Shown here: piece by piece, positions 1 to 11,509 of the stretch
Position numbering within the stretch: the first letter of the stretch is position 1
Layout: each line of letters starts with the position of its first letter
NCBI GenBank assembly: GCA_036172245.1
Contig: JAYWIR010000031.1
Location: 1,488,001-1,552,000 of the forward strand
Direction of reading: 5' to 3'
Origin: Raillietiella orientalis
Lineage: Eukaryota
DNA: 64,000 nucleotides
Translations under genes and position numbers: made by a program
Notes under the pieces: model-generated
Told to the model about the DNA's origin: nothing
The model's database searches: none
Seen by the model: only the letters and a program-made list of their open reading frames with translations

Positions 1-967
1 CTGGAGGTTCATCCATCATGCCCGCCTTAACCTCCCCCTTAACGGGAATATGAAGCGTGAGAGCTTCCTCGAGAGTTGCCGCAGGTGCACGTTGCCCAAA
101 GAAACTCTGTGTCACGTAATTTCCCACTGCCCCTACCACCTGGGCTCCCTCATCAAGGGACGCCGCGATGCGGTCCTCTCCCTGCTCCTAGATGCCGCAC
201 GCGAACGTTGGCCCTGTGTTATGAGTGACCAACAGGTCGAAGATTCCAACTCCCCCTAAGGCCCAACCTGATCGCCCGGGATGGCCAGCGCGTGGTAATC
301 ATCGACGCCTGCATCCCTTTTGAAAACCGACGGGAAGCATTCCGCAATTCGCGGGCTGAGAGAACCAAAAAATATGCCTTGCTTGTCGAATACTTCAAGA
401 CCAAGGCTTTGCTGTTTACGTGGATGCAATTGTGGTGGGCTCCCTGGGATCCTGGGGCTCCAAAAATGACGAGTCAATCTCCCGCCTTGGCATCCCGGAT
501 ACGGTGGCGACAACTTTGAGGAAGGCGGCAATCGCCTCCACGATAAGATGGTCAAGGGATATCTACTCCTGCCACATCGAGCGCCAAACCCCCCCTGGGC
601 CCTCTACCCCAACAGAAGCCCCTAGTGAACCTGATGCCTCCGAATCCGGTCCGCAGCTTTCTGTCCCCAAACCCCCGCAAGATCCCCAGCCTGCAAAGCC
701 TACACTGGAACAACGGTCGCCCTGGGAGTCACTTATGGTCCACCCAACACGTGAAGAAACCCCGCCGTTACAGCTGAGGGAGCGGAAAACTGCGACTTCA
801 TATTCTGCTTCCATGGACCTAACCCACCCACTCATTGATGCCAGAGCCTCAATCAACTGATTGAAGAGATTAAGCCTTAGCGATTCAATTCACGAGCCGC
901 CGCAAATACCGTAACCCCTATTTATACCTCTAGGAGAGGAAACAATGTAAATCCAAAAAGCAATAAA
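1..967 (+). mobile_element. 3' end of a NeSL/Utopia-type non-LTR retrotransposon (CCHC zinc knuckle + RLE), two frameshifts, 3' UTR ending at AATAAA; truncated by the window start
   Basis: Across three frames, in the expected order: WRFIHHARLNLPLNG (2-46), CRRC..ETLCHVISHC, RRDAVL, LRPNL (PD motif, 256-270), VIIDACIPFEN, AF..SR..R.KKY, IVVGSLGSW, WSRDIYSCH. Stop at 860; AATAAA at 962-967. Confidence 0.9.
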
Positions 968-1096
968 GACTATCTTCGGATGGGAACGATCCTCTTGCAG
1001 CGTATTGTCCATAGCAACGATTCCGAAGGGAATGCAGATGGCCTCCCACCGTCCCTGTCCGTCCTTCCTCGCTAGGCAGCGCAGCGCTGCGACTGG

Positions 1097-3510
1097 ATGT
1101 GCGGCGGTGTTGACCCCAAGCATATTGGAAGCCTTGGAGACCATCCCAAGCTCGTCCGTTTCCAAGAGCCGGATGGGACCAAGCTCTCGAAAGCTTCGCG
1201 CTCCCTGCCGTCACCGGGCGCCCTCACACTTTTACTCCCTTCTCCACCTCTCCGAGCCTGCCGGTTGCCGTGGAAGCCACCGCTTCCCCTCCGAGCCGTC
1301 CTGCACCGAGGAGTGACGTCATCGTTCGAATTCCTCCCTCGTCCCTCCTTCCGCTCTTCCGTGCCCGGAAGAAATGATTCGATTCCGGTCCCGTGATGCC
1401 GTGCATTACCGTTTTAGGAGGGGAAGCGGGGAAGGAAGACAAAAAAAACGGGATAAGCCGGGATGAGCCCGCGAGGGAACGCTCCGCCAGTCCGCTGCTG
1501 TCCGGAAAACGCGATCGCGCGGAGCACTTCGACCCCTCAGAGCACCCCTGCTCTGAAAGGTCGAACGAGGGAACGATCTCTCGTCTCACACCCGGGTGGA
1601 TTGGGGATTCCCCGTCCGTCCAAATGCGCGCCCCGCGATGCGGCAAGGGACGCCTCGAGGGTGCTCCTGTTCTCGCCCGGCACGCGTGACCATTCCGCCG
1701 GCGTTGGTCACGCAGATCATCCGCCCTTCCGATCGCGGCGCCCGCGGGGAAGAGGGTGGCTGTCGCGCTGCACCCCGTCTATCGCCACCCCGGACCTCCT
1801 TCCCCCCACCTCGATCGTTCCCTCCGCTTCCCAGGCTCTGCCCCCGGGAGTCCTGTCGTCCGGGAAGGGAGGGGGAGCGGTGCCTGTCCGCGCGGATTGA
1901 TCGATGACTCCCGCCGCCCCATCCCTGCAAAGCGCGCGGGTTTGCCGAGACCAATCTCCGATCCCTCCCGCAATCGGAAGGACAGCGCGATGGCAGGAAG
2001 CTTTCGGGACGAGGAGGAATGCGCCTCCCTCAGCGATTAACACGGAACGTACCGGGAAATACATCTTCGACGGGGCATTTCACTTCGCCCTTCGCCCTTC
2101 CCCCAGCTTCAGGGAGAGAAGGGGATGGGAAGGGAAGGGGGGGAGGGTAAAGGAGGAAGAGAGAAAGGGACGGCAGGTTTCGGGGAAGGGAAAACGGGAA
2201 CCGCTCGTCCGGACGAGCTTTCCCAGAGCGGGTTCCCTCGCTCCAGGCCGAGCCACGGCGCGGGCGATGTCTTCGTCGCCATCGATGACCCTCTAGCCGG
2301 TCATCCTGAAAGAGGCCGGAGCTCTACGGAAACACGGAGAGGATAAGGATCCTGAGGACTCGGACGCTCCATCTCGTTGGTGCTATGGGATGGAACGGGC
2401 ACCAGGAGCCCTGGGAAGAGAGAACCAGAGGGGAGGAAAGAAAGGCTCTGGAGTTGGAGAGGGAGCCGTGATTCTTCAGAGGCCGAGGACGCGCAGATCT
2501 CGGAAGTGAAGGTGCCTGCTTCCGCGGAAGAGGTTGAGGAGGGAGAAACTCCGTTTTGCGAGAAATTCCCGCTGAAGGGCACCCCTCGCTGTCGAGGGCG
2601 GGTCTTCGCTTCCAAGCCAGCTCGTGGCGGACGCTTCCAGCGCTGTTTTCGCCTTCATGCGCCTCTTCACTCGGACCACCCATTTTCGCCTAAAGGAACC
2701 GGAAGCATCGTCCCCTTGACAGTTGGTGCGAGGGTTAGATGCCCGCATCCATTGTGACCGTTGCTCCTCCCACGGGCCCAGCTGCTCATCAAGATGTCTT
2801 CCCTGTTGTGCTTGTCTCCTCGACGGTCCTTCCCATGCCTTCGGTCTCTAAACACCTACTGTCCGCAGCGCCTTCTGGCGTTGGGTCCCTAACCACCTTC
2901 TCTGTTCGGAAACGTAGGTGGCTGGCGCAAATCTTTCTCTCCCCTTTTGACAAAGTTTGGGCAGAGATGGTCACTCGCTCCAGCGTCCTCTCGGATGTGG
3001 TGGGCTGTCACTTTCAGGGCGAAGCACTGACGGCAGCAGAGGGGAGAGGATGGCTTTCGGTTTCTGGAAGGGGCGAAAGGTCACCTCGAGCAGCCTCACC
3101 GTGCCACGAAACGAGGGTTACGGTAGCTTTCGATCGGAGAACGTCCTGACCCGGCAAGGGCCGTGGGCTGCGCTCCAGGCCTCCGGTCGCTTTCTCACGA
3201 GCAGGACATCGATGCCTCCATGGTTGCAGTTTCATCCGTGTCGCTTTCTCTGATCCCCTGTTTATCCGGAGCTCCAGCAAAGGAACAGTTAGAAGGTCCG
3301 TCTTGCTGTTGGGTGCTAGAAATGGGGCGGAACACCGCCTCACGTTTTCAATCATTGGGGGAGGCACCATCTGCGGAACACCAGGACGCGACGACTTGAT
3401 CGACTGCATCAGGGAGGTGGTACACGAACGATGGCCAGCGGCCGGAGGACACCCGGCATGGGGCCGTCATTGCGACTGACCTCTTCCTAAGAAAATGGGC
3501 CCATGTGGGG
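1097..3510 (+). mobile_element. Heavily decayed RT-to-RLE region of a second NeSL/Utopia-like element
   Basis: Degenerate motifs in correct order: EPDG..LPWK..LHRG (cf. PGPDG..IP..WK..LIHK), AEHF (GCxEH), WIGDSPSV (WLD..AFGSV), GGCRAAPRLSP (GV.QG.PLSP), LIDD (FADD, ~1897-1908), GSFRDEEECASL (GL.FN..KCASL), then PHVFNH, VHERWP and LR.DLFL at ~3330-3495. Many frameshifts. Confidence 0.55.
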
Positions 3511-4080
3511 GATCGACCTTGGGAAATGGGTGCATCGTAGTTTTCGAGTCCCTCTCGCAGGAGGACCCACGTGCTTACAAGCTTCGCGTGTTCCCAGCTT
3601 CCTTCGTTGACTGGCTGGGATTGAAAGTTGACTCTCCGGGATCTTTCTAGGCACTAAAGAGCCGGTTCCCTTTGGGGTTCGCCTCCGGCTGTGAAAATGG
3701 AGCCATTCCCCTCCGATGGGGTGAGACCCTCCATCGAGTACTATGTAGCTGGTTGATACTCCACTCGGGAGATTGCTTCAGTGTTAGGAGCGCTCTTCAG
3801 AGAAATTAGGAAGCGTCCCTTCGGGGTCCTCTTCAGAAGAGGAGGAAACAAGGAGCGGTTCTCTTGCGGGTTCCTCCGAGGGATCCCTCCGGAGAGAATA
3901 AGGAAAAGGTTCCCTTCGGGGTTCCCTTCGGAGGCAACCAGGACGAGGGTTCCCTTCGAGGTTCCCTCCCAGGAGTAAGAGGAACGCACTCCTTCCTCCG
4001 AACTCTCTTGGATTCATAGGATGGTCCCCTCCAGGGTCCCCCCATCATGAAGAGCTCACACGCACTCTAGGGTGGCACGA
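3505..4080. repeat. Unclassified interspersed repeat 'X', copy 1, with internal GGTTCCCT(T/C)CG subrepeats
   Basis: Aligns by eye, collinearly, with 9341-9439 plus ~10139-10665 (shared ggggatcgacc..gaaatgggtgc, gttgactg..aagttgac, cttcagaag.ggaggaaa, ccctccggagagaataaggaa, gaggaacg.actccttcctc). Confidence 0.8.
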
Positions 4081-4729
4081 ACCCTTTGGGCTTGGAGCTA
4101 ATCAGATTCAAACCTTCCGTGTTGACGACACGCGAGTCACAGTTGCGACCTCTGTGGACGGACTGCTTCTTCGCGTACCGCGTACTCCATGGAGGTACCG
4201 ACTGACTTTATACAGTGCTGATCAAAGTTATTGTAATTGCTTATTTACACCACATTAAATAAAACATTTTCACTTTCCCCAAACATATATCATTCATTGA
4301 AAAATTATAATTCGAATAACTGAATAATTCATTCCCATTTTGAAGGTATCACAAAAATGAAAAACAATATAATAAATTTTATTCGACACCGAGAAAAACC
4401 GATAATAGTTAGCCGCTGGAAATAAAATTTTGCTTACTGTCGTTGCTAAGGCAATTATAAGAACGCAAGTGGGTGTGTCCATCTCAAACATGGATCGTGT
4501 CAACTTACTTCGCGAGAGTAAGGTAAAAAAAAAAACATTTGCCCGACGTATAGATGCGTCCATAGCGCTCAAAGGATTGAAGAGTTTCATGAACCCCTAG
4601 GCGAACACTTCTTTAGTACTTAGCGAACCCCCCATGAAAAAACCGAAAAAAGAAAAACTGGATGAGGTAGCTACTGGCCGTTGATAAGAAAATGGAACTG
4701 AGTCATCTTATCCGAAGGAAGCTTCCCGT

Positions 4730-4910
4730 TCGGAAGCAGCGTTCACCTGAGTCAAAGAAAAGAGGGGGAAGACATGGGATCCAGGGTCCCGCACGTTTAG
4801 TCTTAGGGGGAACCTCGCCGGTTCGTCGAGGTCTTGGGATCCCAAGAGCGACCACGATGTTCTGGACCAGCTGGATATTCCAAGGACGTACGCAAGCCCT
4901 GCCGTCGACA
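4730..4910 (+). mobile_element. Decayed RLE C-terminal fragment of a NeSL/Utopia-like element
   Basis: EAAFT*VKEKRGK...AGSSRSWDPKSDHDVLDQLDIPRTYA matches AF..AR..K..KY...VGSLGSWDP.ND.VL..LGIP seen in the 1-967 copy. Confidence 0.55.
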
Positions 4911-5771
4911 ATCAACGCTCTCGCTCTGGAGCTCCCGTTACCCGCAACGACGAAACCGCGGAGGTCCAGAAAGCGGTGGAGGCTGCGGAAAATTCTTCTC
5001 TGGCATTTATTCATGCCATCCTGGGGTGATGAAGCCACTTGCAACGCGAGGCTTCAGAAGAAAGCGTCCCGCAAATCCATTCACTGCATCCTCAAGAGGG
5101 GAATACGGAATACGGGAATCTCAAGTCTAGGAAGGGAAACTTCGGAAACGACTTCTTCCTTTTGCTTCCGCTGAGTACTCTTTCAACAGGAAGATTCTGC
5201 TTGCTTTCCTTAACCGTGCCTGCGTTTTCCCAGCTCCCGCTTCGGCAGAGACTCCCAACTCTTTCCAAAAAAGGGAGTTTCCCCGATACCACAATGCTGC
5301 CGGCCCTATGGCTGCATCGATCTCATTCCATGTTCTCAGATCTTGGTTCGTGGGTTCCCTCGGGTGCTTGTGGTTCCCTCTTCTTCGCGCAGAGAAGACT
5401 TCGGTTCCTTCTTTTTTCCCACTCACATGTTCACATCACGGTGACCACGGTTTCCAAGAGACTGAAGACCTGCTCGAGAACTTTCCCAGAGTGTGTCCAG
5501 ACAGTGGAAGGGATTTTTTTTTCTTGTGCTCTATTTCTCTTTATTTTTCTGGTAAGGTCGAGTCCTCTCTAACCAGTCAAAACCTTTTCTCTCCATCGAT
5601 CGGTTCTTCTCTCATTTGCGAGGAATCTGCATCGAAGAGCGAACGTTTCTGGAACTCCTCATCCGCGGCAGAGATTGTACGTCCAAACTGATGACATAGA
5701 GCGGGACCATCTCTACCATCATTCATTTGAGCTCCCAGAGCAGCCTTCGGATATTCGCTACAGATCCAAGG

Positions 5772-5827
5772 GTTCCCAGTTACGGATCGAACTGTGCTCA
5801 AGCACAGTGCGATCCGTAACTGGGAAC
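5772..5827. repeat. Near-perfect 56-bp palindrome (27-bp arms, one mismatch, 2-nt spacer)
   Basis: gttcccagttacggatcg-a-actgtgct [ca] agcacagt-g-cgatccgtaactgggaac; followed by acatgcgaaggg twice (5826-5837, 5841-5852). Confidence 0.95.
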
Positions 5828-6321
5828 ATGCGAAGGGTGCACATGCGAAGGGCTCTGGCCATTCGGACCTCCGTTGACCCCCATCAGCAGGTTGTGCTCA
5901 TCGTGAGAAGCCTCACCCGCATGCATCTCAGCAGCATACCTCATCCTTTCTTGAGTTTTCCTGCGTCTATTCGGGCCCTCTTTTGCGGAGGAACAACCAG
6001 GTGAATCGCACGGAAAGTGAATTAAGACTTCCGTCGCCGGAAATCAAAGATGGATGGGTCTACCGGACAAAATTTTAGATGGTTGCTTCGTAGCGAAAGA
6101 TTTGAAGCACGCTTGCAGTACAACGGAGACTGCCTGGACGTCCCGAATTTCACGGCAGGAACTCGTGTGCTCCTTGACATTGTGAGTGCTCTCTCTTCGT
6201 CTTCTTGAGGATGTCATGAGCCGCATTCGGGGAAGCAGAGTGAAATCGGATGGGCGATCTTTTTTTCCATCAGAGAAGCTTTCTGTCCAAGGGGAATGTT
6301 AAAGATGCCATCTGAATGAAT

Positions 6322-6653
6322 TTCCATTTAGTAATGGAAAAAGGGAACCGGGTATTAGTGCTAGACGTCCGCTGCCCATAAGAAGCTGGAAGAGAGCTGT
6401 TCAGCACAGTCAGAAGAAGCAGAGAAGTAAAATACAAGGAGGTAGCCCTCCAGCTAGGCAGAGAGGGGAAACAACGTAGGGTGCATGCACTCATCGTTGG
6501 CTCTCTGGGAGCCTGGGATCCAGGTAACGAAGTGCTCCAGGATCTTGCAGATTCTAGGAAGGAATTCCTAAGAAGCACTCGGAAAAGATGAGGCACCGGA
6601 CGGTGGTTTCGTACATCCCGTACTCCAGAGACATCTATGCAGCACACGTCACG
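6322..6653 (+). mobile_element. RLE domain fragment of a NeSL/Utopia-like element, with stops and a frameshift
   Basis: LVMEKGNRVLVLDVRCP*EAGRELFSTVRRSREVKYKEVALQL...VHALIVGSLGAWDPGNEVL, then YSRDIYAAHV in a shifted frame. Confidence 0.85.
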
Positions 6654-7849
6654 TCACACGTATTTGGCTGATGACCTTACGAGGGACCGTCACCCAGCGG
6701 TCAGCTCTCGCGAGATGGAGGACAAGTAGCCGACGAAGCAACAGGCTGAGAGGCAACGAGCGTCCCAGGCAGGCAGATGAGAAATTACAGGAAGACTGTC
6801 AAGAGCAGACAGCTGCTACCCGGAAGACAACAACCGCAACCCAGAGCCTAGCACGGGGAAGCACTCAGACTCAGCAGAACCATTGCCGCAACACTCCGTG
6901 TTCTACCCGCTGACTGCCTGGCAGCTGATCCGGCTTGTCACCCATCACAACCGATCCTCTTCTCTATCCGGTTACCGGGACGAGTTCTTCAGGAGCCGAA
7001 AGCTTGGGAATGTTGCGTGTGTCGCGAGAACAGGAGTTCTTTGGATTCCGGTCTCGATTGGCCCTCAGGAGACGTTCGGACAATCTTTTCTCGCGCCAGA
7101 GAAGGCTTGGTCGTCCGGCCGCCGCTGGTGCTTTGAGATGGAAATGGAGGTTCGGTGGAAGACGCAGAGAGTCAGTTCTGCTCCTCCCTTCCTGAGCGAG
7201 GAGGGTTGGTCAAGGACCTGCGCGGACGGGTGACGTGTTTCCAGGGCGCAAGAAACTTCCGCCCACCTTTTTCTGCTCACCCCTCCGGAGAGCTGGGAAG
7301 AAAGAGAACGTGCTCTCGAGACGGATTCACTGCGGAGCTCTGGAGGGAGGAGGAGAAAACCTCCTTCATTCTTCCCTTCTTTGCTCCGTCAAAGACCGGA
7401 GCGTTACCGGAAGTTCCTCTGCCGAGTCCCCCTACGGCACTCACTCGCAACGTTGATGGTCGGGGAAGAGTGTCCGGTCCCCTGAGGCCGAAGATACGGC
7501 TAGAGCCCTCGCTGGCCTCGACCCCCTCAGAGGAGGAGATGATAGACGGCACAAACCGCTGGGTAGGGCATTCCCCATTGCTAACGTCTCGGTCCCGTGC
7601 GATCGCAACCCGCCGTTTACCTCCCGTTCTTGTACTTATTTCCTCCGGGAAAGTCGATTCCCTCCCCAGCCTGGCTGGGAGCGAGCTGGCTCAGGAAAAG
7701 GCTTCCGTGCCGACCTCTGTAGCGGCTTTTTTTTTCTTCGACTTCCCTTCGCAGTCGTCAGCCGACGAGCGCCTCGCGATGTTTCATGCCCGCAGCTCAG
7801 GAGGGCAAAAAAAAGAAGAAAAAAAAAAGCAAACAAGCAGAGCGGTCTT

Positions 7850-8090
7850 TGAAAACGGGAGGATGCGGGATGTAAGGAAGGAATGCAAGAGGCGTCGGCG
7901 GGAGACAATCAGAGGATGCTCTCCGAAATACACACGCCCAAGAAGTAGCTTTCTTTCCCTGAGGATGGCCATCCGTTTTCTCCGGAGCTTTCCCATCTCT
8001 CCCCCAGGGTGGACTCCGAGTGCTTTCGCAAGCGGTGTTTGTTCTTGGGAGACGCCGACATCCTGCAAGAGATCGGAGAAGACGTGAAGG
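7850..8090 (-). mobile_element. Possible decayed L1/Tx1 ORF2 RT-thumb fragment
   Basis: KALGVH...RERKLLLGRVYFGEHPLIVSR resembles KYLG...R.LSL.GR..L.N..L.S. Confidence 0.35.
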
Positions 8091-8139
8091 CGTCGATGGG
8101 TAGCGGGATGGAAACTCGAAGCTGCTGGAGAGGCGAATG

Positions 8140-8143
<4 letters not shown>

Positions 8144-8197
<54 letters not shown>
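8144..8197. repeat. (CT)27 microsatellite
   Basis: Direct reading. Confidence 0.97.
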
Positions 8198-8200
<3 letters not shown>

Positions 8201-9139
8201 GTTCTTGAACACGCCGATTTTTTTTCCTTCTCTTTGGTGGCTCCTCCCACACCCACACCGGAAAAGCGAATTCCTGATTCATATGATACGAAAATTCCAG
8301 TCTCCCTTGTTCCCTCAGACGTTTTCTAGATCTGCTTCTAGCTTCAGTCTTCTGCTCCAGTCTTAGAGTACTTGGTAGATCTGGGGTTCGACAGGGGCTG
8401 GGAATCGCTCGAAGTGATTGTATCCTTGTGGTTGAGCTTTGTTCCTGAGGATGAAACCGAGGCGATCGTTGTGTCGGAGCATCTTGTCCGTGTGCCACTT
8501 AATCTCTTTCGATGGGAGGGCCTATGGAGATCTTTTGATTCACCTGCTCTCTTCATCATCTAAGCAGGTCGCAGGCATGAGATTACCAAGGTTGAGTGCA
8601 ACAGCACGATCCAGTTGCACTTCTTCAGCATCTGCTTTCAGGGGGTTCATCTACAGCATCTTCCCGACCTGCTGGAACTTTCGCTTCTTTCAGCACGGTT
8701 TCCTCCACCGTTCCTAGAGCCGTTTTTTTATCGGCATTCGCTGCTGTTCCACCGTCCTTCCAGCAAGAGGAGCTCCAGTCTTCTCGCTAGGCATCCCAGC
8801 GCCCGCCCGGTCTCTCTGGATCTATCCCCCTGCTCCCGTGTAAATCCTCGGGTGGAACCTGGAAGGCGGACCGACGGCCGCAAAGCGCTCTGGCGTCCAG
8901 CTCGGTGCTCTACGACTCCGAGGGTCCATCAGGAAAACGGTCCGTCGCGGGACGCTCTTTGACTTACTGCCGAGGTGGTGACTCTAGCCAATCCGCAGCC
9001 CCCACATACCCTGGCCCTCCTCGCCTCGGCCTGTTGGAGGCAAGTAGGAGGAGGGAGGAGGGGGGTCTCCGGCCGTGGATCGAAAGGATGGCGTGTCTCG
9101 GAATCCCCTCTCCCCTTCCTCCTTCCCTGTAACTGAAAT

Positions 9140-9270
9140 TCCAATGCCTCCTCCAGCCAAGGGGATCCGCCGGCGAGGTGCCCCCTCTGCCACGGCGGCA
9201 ACGCACATCCTGACCGATGTGTCAACCATGGTCACGAGGTCGCAGCCACCGGACCCGTAACAGAGCAGCT
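9140..9270 (-). mobile_element. Possible decayed tandem CCHC zinc knuckles of an L1/Tx1 ORF1
   Basis: The minus strand gives G*HIGQDVRCRR and, in a shifted frame, QRGHLAGGSP (cf. GH...C..C..C...GHLA..CP). Same strand as, and upstream of, the 7850-8090 fragment. Confidence 0.3.
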
Positions 9271-9340
9271 CTCCTTGGCGGCCTTGCGGCCACCGTCTCA
9301 GCGCGGAGCACCAAGCTTTGCGGGTTCGAATCCCACCCGG

Positions 9341-10665
9341 GGGGGGATCGACCCCCTGAGAAATGGGTGCGTCGTGGGTTTCCAGTCCCTACCGCAGGAT
9401 GGCTCCGGTTGGCCTGTAAACTCCGGGTGCTGCACTGGTTTGATATCCGGTTGCGCCGGGGCGTTTATTTATATAAAAATAAACATAAACATACAGGTCA
9501 GTAGCAGGACGTTTGGTCCTGCCACGTTACAAATGTAACCATGGGAATCTGCCGAGAACCGGAACGCAGGTCGGCGAGGTTCGCCTCGGCAGCACAAGGG
9601 AAGGGAAGACAAACAAAATGAAAAAAATAAAATAAAACAAAAAACATACAGTCAAAAAAATGGAGGGCTTCGGGAAGGGATCACCGGATGCTGGAGGGTG
9701 TCCTCTGCATCCTTGTAAGGATGCGGATAAGTTCCTGTTCTGCGATCCCCAGATGGGGCATCTTGACGTAATTCTCATGAAGAGGACAGCAGAATAGATG
9801 GCGTCCCCGCCGTTCTGGCCTCTAACGCTGCTCCATGCAGCCACGGTCCCACCGCGTGGACAGCAAAGTGTTGCTGGAAATGCGGTCGGCGTGAGGACAT
9901 CGGACAAGAGACACATTCAAACGTCTCTGGCGTTGCTGCCTGGGGTTCCAAGGGTCGCTGCAAAGCGTCCACCAAGGGGCTGGAGGGCAACAAAGTCCAA
10001 TAGGAGGTGCAGGAGGGACTCCTTCTCCACACCTGGTGCAGTTGAGGATTGCACTCACTCCCCCGGGTCCAGTGGTGTTGGTGAGCGTTGCACGGGAGGT
10101 CCCAACGCAACCCATTGGTCTCCATGGAGCGGACTGGTGGAAGCCGGATGCCCCGGTTGACTGCCCTCTGGGAGTGGAAGTTGACCTTATGGAGTCCTTC
10201 CAGGAAGCAAGGAGCCCTTCGAGGTGTCCCTCTGGTTGTGAAAAGGGGTTGTACTACGGATCTGGTTGATTCCCGCTCTCGGCGGTTGCTTCTCTAGAGT
10301 GTCAGAAGCGCGTTGCTCCCTTCCGGGAAACTGGAAGCGCCCCTTCGAGGTTCTCTTCAGAAGGGGAGGAAATAGGGAGAGTTTCCCTTGCAGGTTTTTC
10401 CCGGAGGAGAAATTTTATGAGAATATTCTTTCCTGGTTCCCTTCGGAAAAGAAATGAGGAATGGTCCCGTCCGAGGGACCCCTCCGGAGAGAATAAGGAA
10501 GATGTTCCCTTCAGAGAGAACCAGGGCGAGGGTTTCCTTCTGGGTTCCCTCCCAAGCGGGAGAGGAACGGACTCCTTCCTCTGAAGCCTTTCTGGATTCA
10601 CAGGTTGGTCTCCTCCAGAGGTACCACCTATCTTGAAGAATTGACACGCATCCACATGTGGAGTG
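9341..10665. repeat. Repeat 'X' copy 2, split by an L1-like insertion at ~9441-10128
   Basis: Joining 9341-9439 to ~10139-10665 restores collinearity with 3505-4080. Confidence 0.75.
9441..10128 (-). mobile_element. 5'-truncated L1/Tx1-like element, copy A (C-terminal zinc-binding region + 3' UTR)
   Basis: Minus strand NCTRCG/EKESLLHLLLDFVALQPL..ATLGTP, homologous to 10813-11509. 3' end AATAAAcgccccggcgcaaccgg. TSD is only degenerate (gctgcactggt / gcggactggt). Confidence 0.75.
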
Positions 10666-10812
10666 GACAGTCTTAAAGGACCCTGTGTGCTCCTAGGCGA
10701 ACAGTTCCTCAGCACTTGGCGAACCAAAGAAAAGATAACCAGAAAAAACAAAAGAAGCTGGAAGGAAAACAGCGAAACAGAAGAACCCAACGGGATTTCC
10801 ATCATCCTTGGC

Positions 10813-11509
10813 ACCCTTCTCCTCAAGTGGCGACAGTTGGCGTGGCTGGTGATGCTTGGGGGAATCACGCGCAAAGAGCGCCTTCGCCACTGGACATGGG
10901 GGAGCGTGGACGTTCAGTGAGACAGGTAGGGGAAGAAGGAGACCCTCCTGCACCTGCTTTTGGACTGTGTGCCCTTCGACCCCTTTGGGATCGCCTCGCG
11001 ACCACCCTAGGAATCCCGGCGGGCGGACCCAGGGACATTTGGAAACGCCTCTTCGTGCGTGTCGCTCTGCCGCCAGCCGCGTCCCTAGCAGTTCTCTGCT
11101 GCGTCCGTGGAAAAAAAGCCTGGAACCTAGGAAGAGGCCGAAATAGCAGGGATGTCATCCACTGGGTGCGGATCTTCCCTGAGGACCACCTTGAGAGAGA
11201 CCCACCCGGAAGCTATACGGACAGAACTTGCCAGTATCCTGAGCAGGATGCAGAGGACGCCTGGCAGCGTGCCGTGATCCCTTCCTCGGTCCCCTCCCTC
11301 CCCATGTATAATTTTCCCTACCCTGTTTTGTGTGTTTATGTTTTTTTGTTGTTTTTGTTTTCCCTTCCCTCACGCTGCCGAAGCGGACCTCGCCGGTCTG
11401 CGTACCGCTCTTCGGCAGGCTCATCGTGCGTGGTTGAACCAACGGTCCTACCACACCAATGTAATTTTATTGCTCTACGTAATAAATGCCTCGGCACAAT
11501 CGGGTGATA
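10813..11509 (+). mobile_element. 5'-truncated L1/Tx1-like element, copy B, with 12-bp TSD
   Basis: KWRQLAWLVMLGGI..ERL..; KKETLLHLLLDC/ALRPLWDRL (zf-RVT-like). T-rich 3' UTR; AATAAAtgcctcggcacaatcgggtg at 11481. TSD atcatccttggc at 10801-10812 and 11510-11521. Confidence 0.85.

Noticed and set aside
3860..3975. CRISPR-like array from the GGTTCCCTTCG repeats
   Set aside because: Units are short and irregularly spaced, in a eukaryotic context with no cas genes.
7155..8087. 310-aa ORF
   Set aside because: Crosses homopolymer runs and overlaps a probable LINE relic on the opposite strand; no protein signature.
9275..9340. tRNA gene at GGTTCGAATCC
   Set aside because: Only a B-box/T-arm-like piece; no convincing A box, anticodon arm or acceptor stem.
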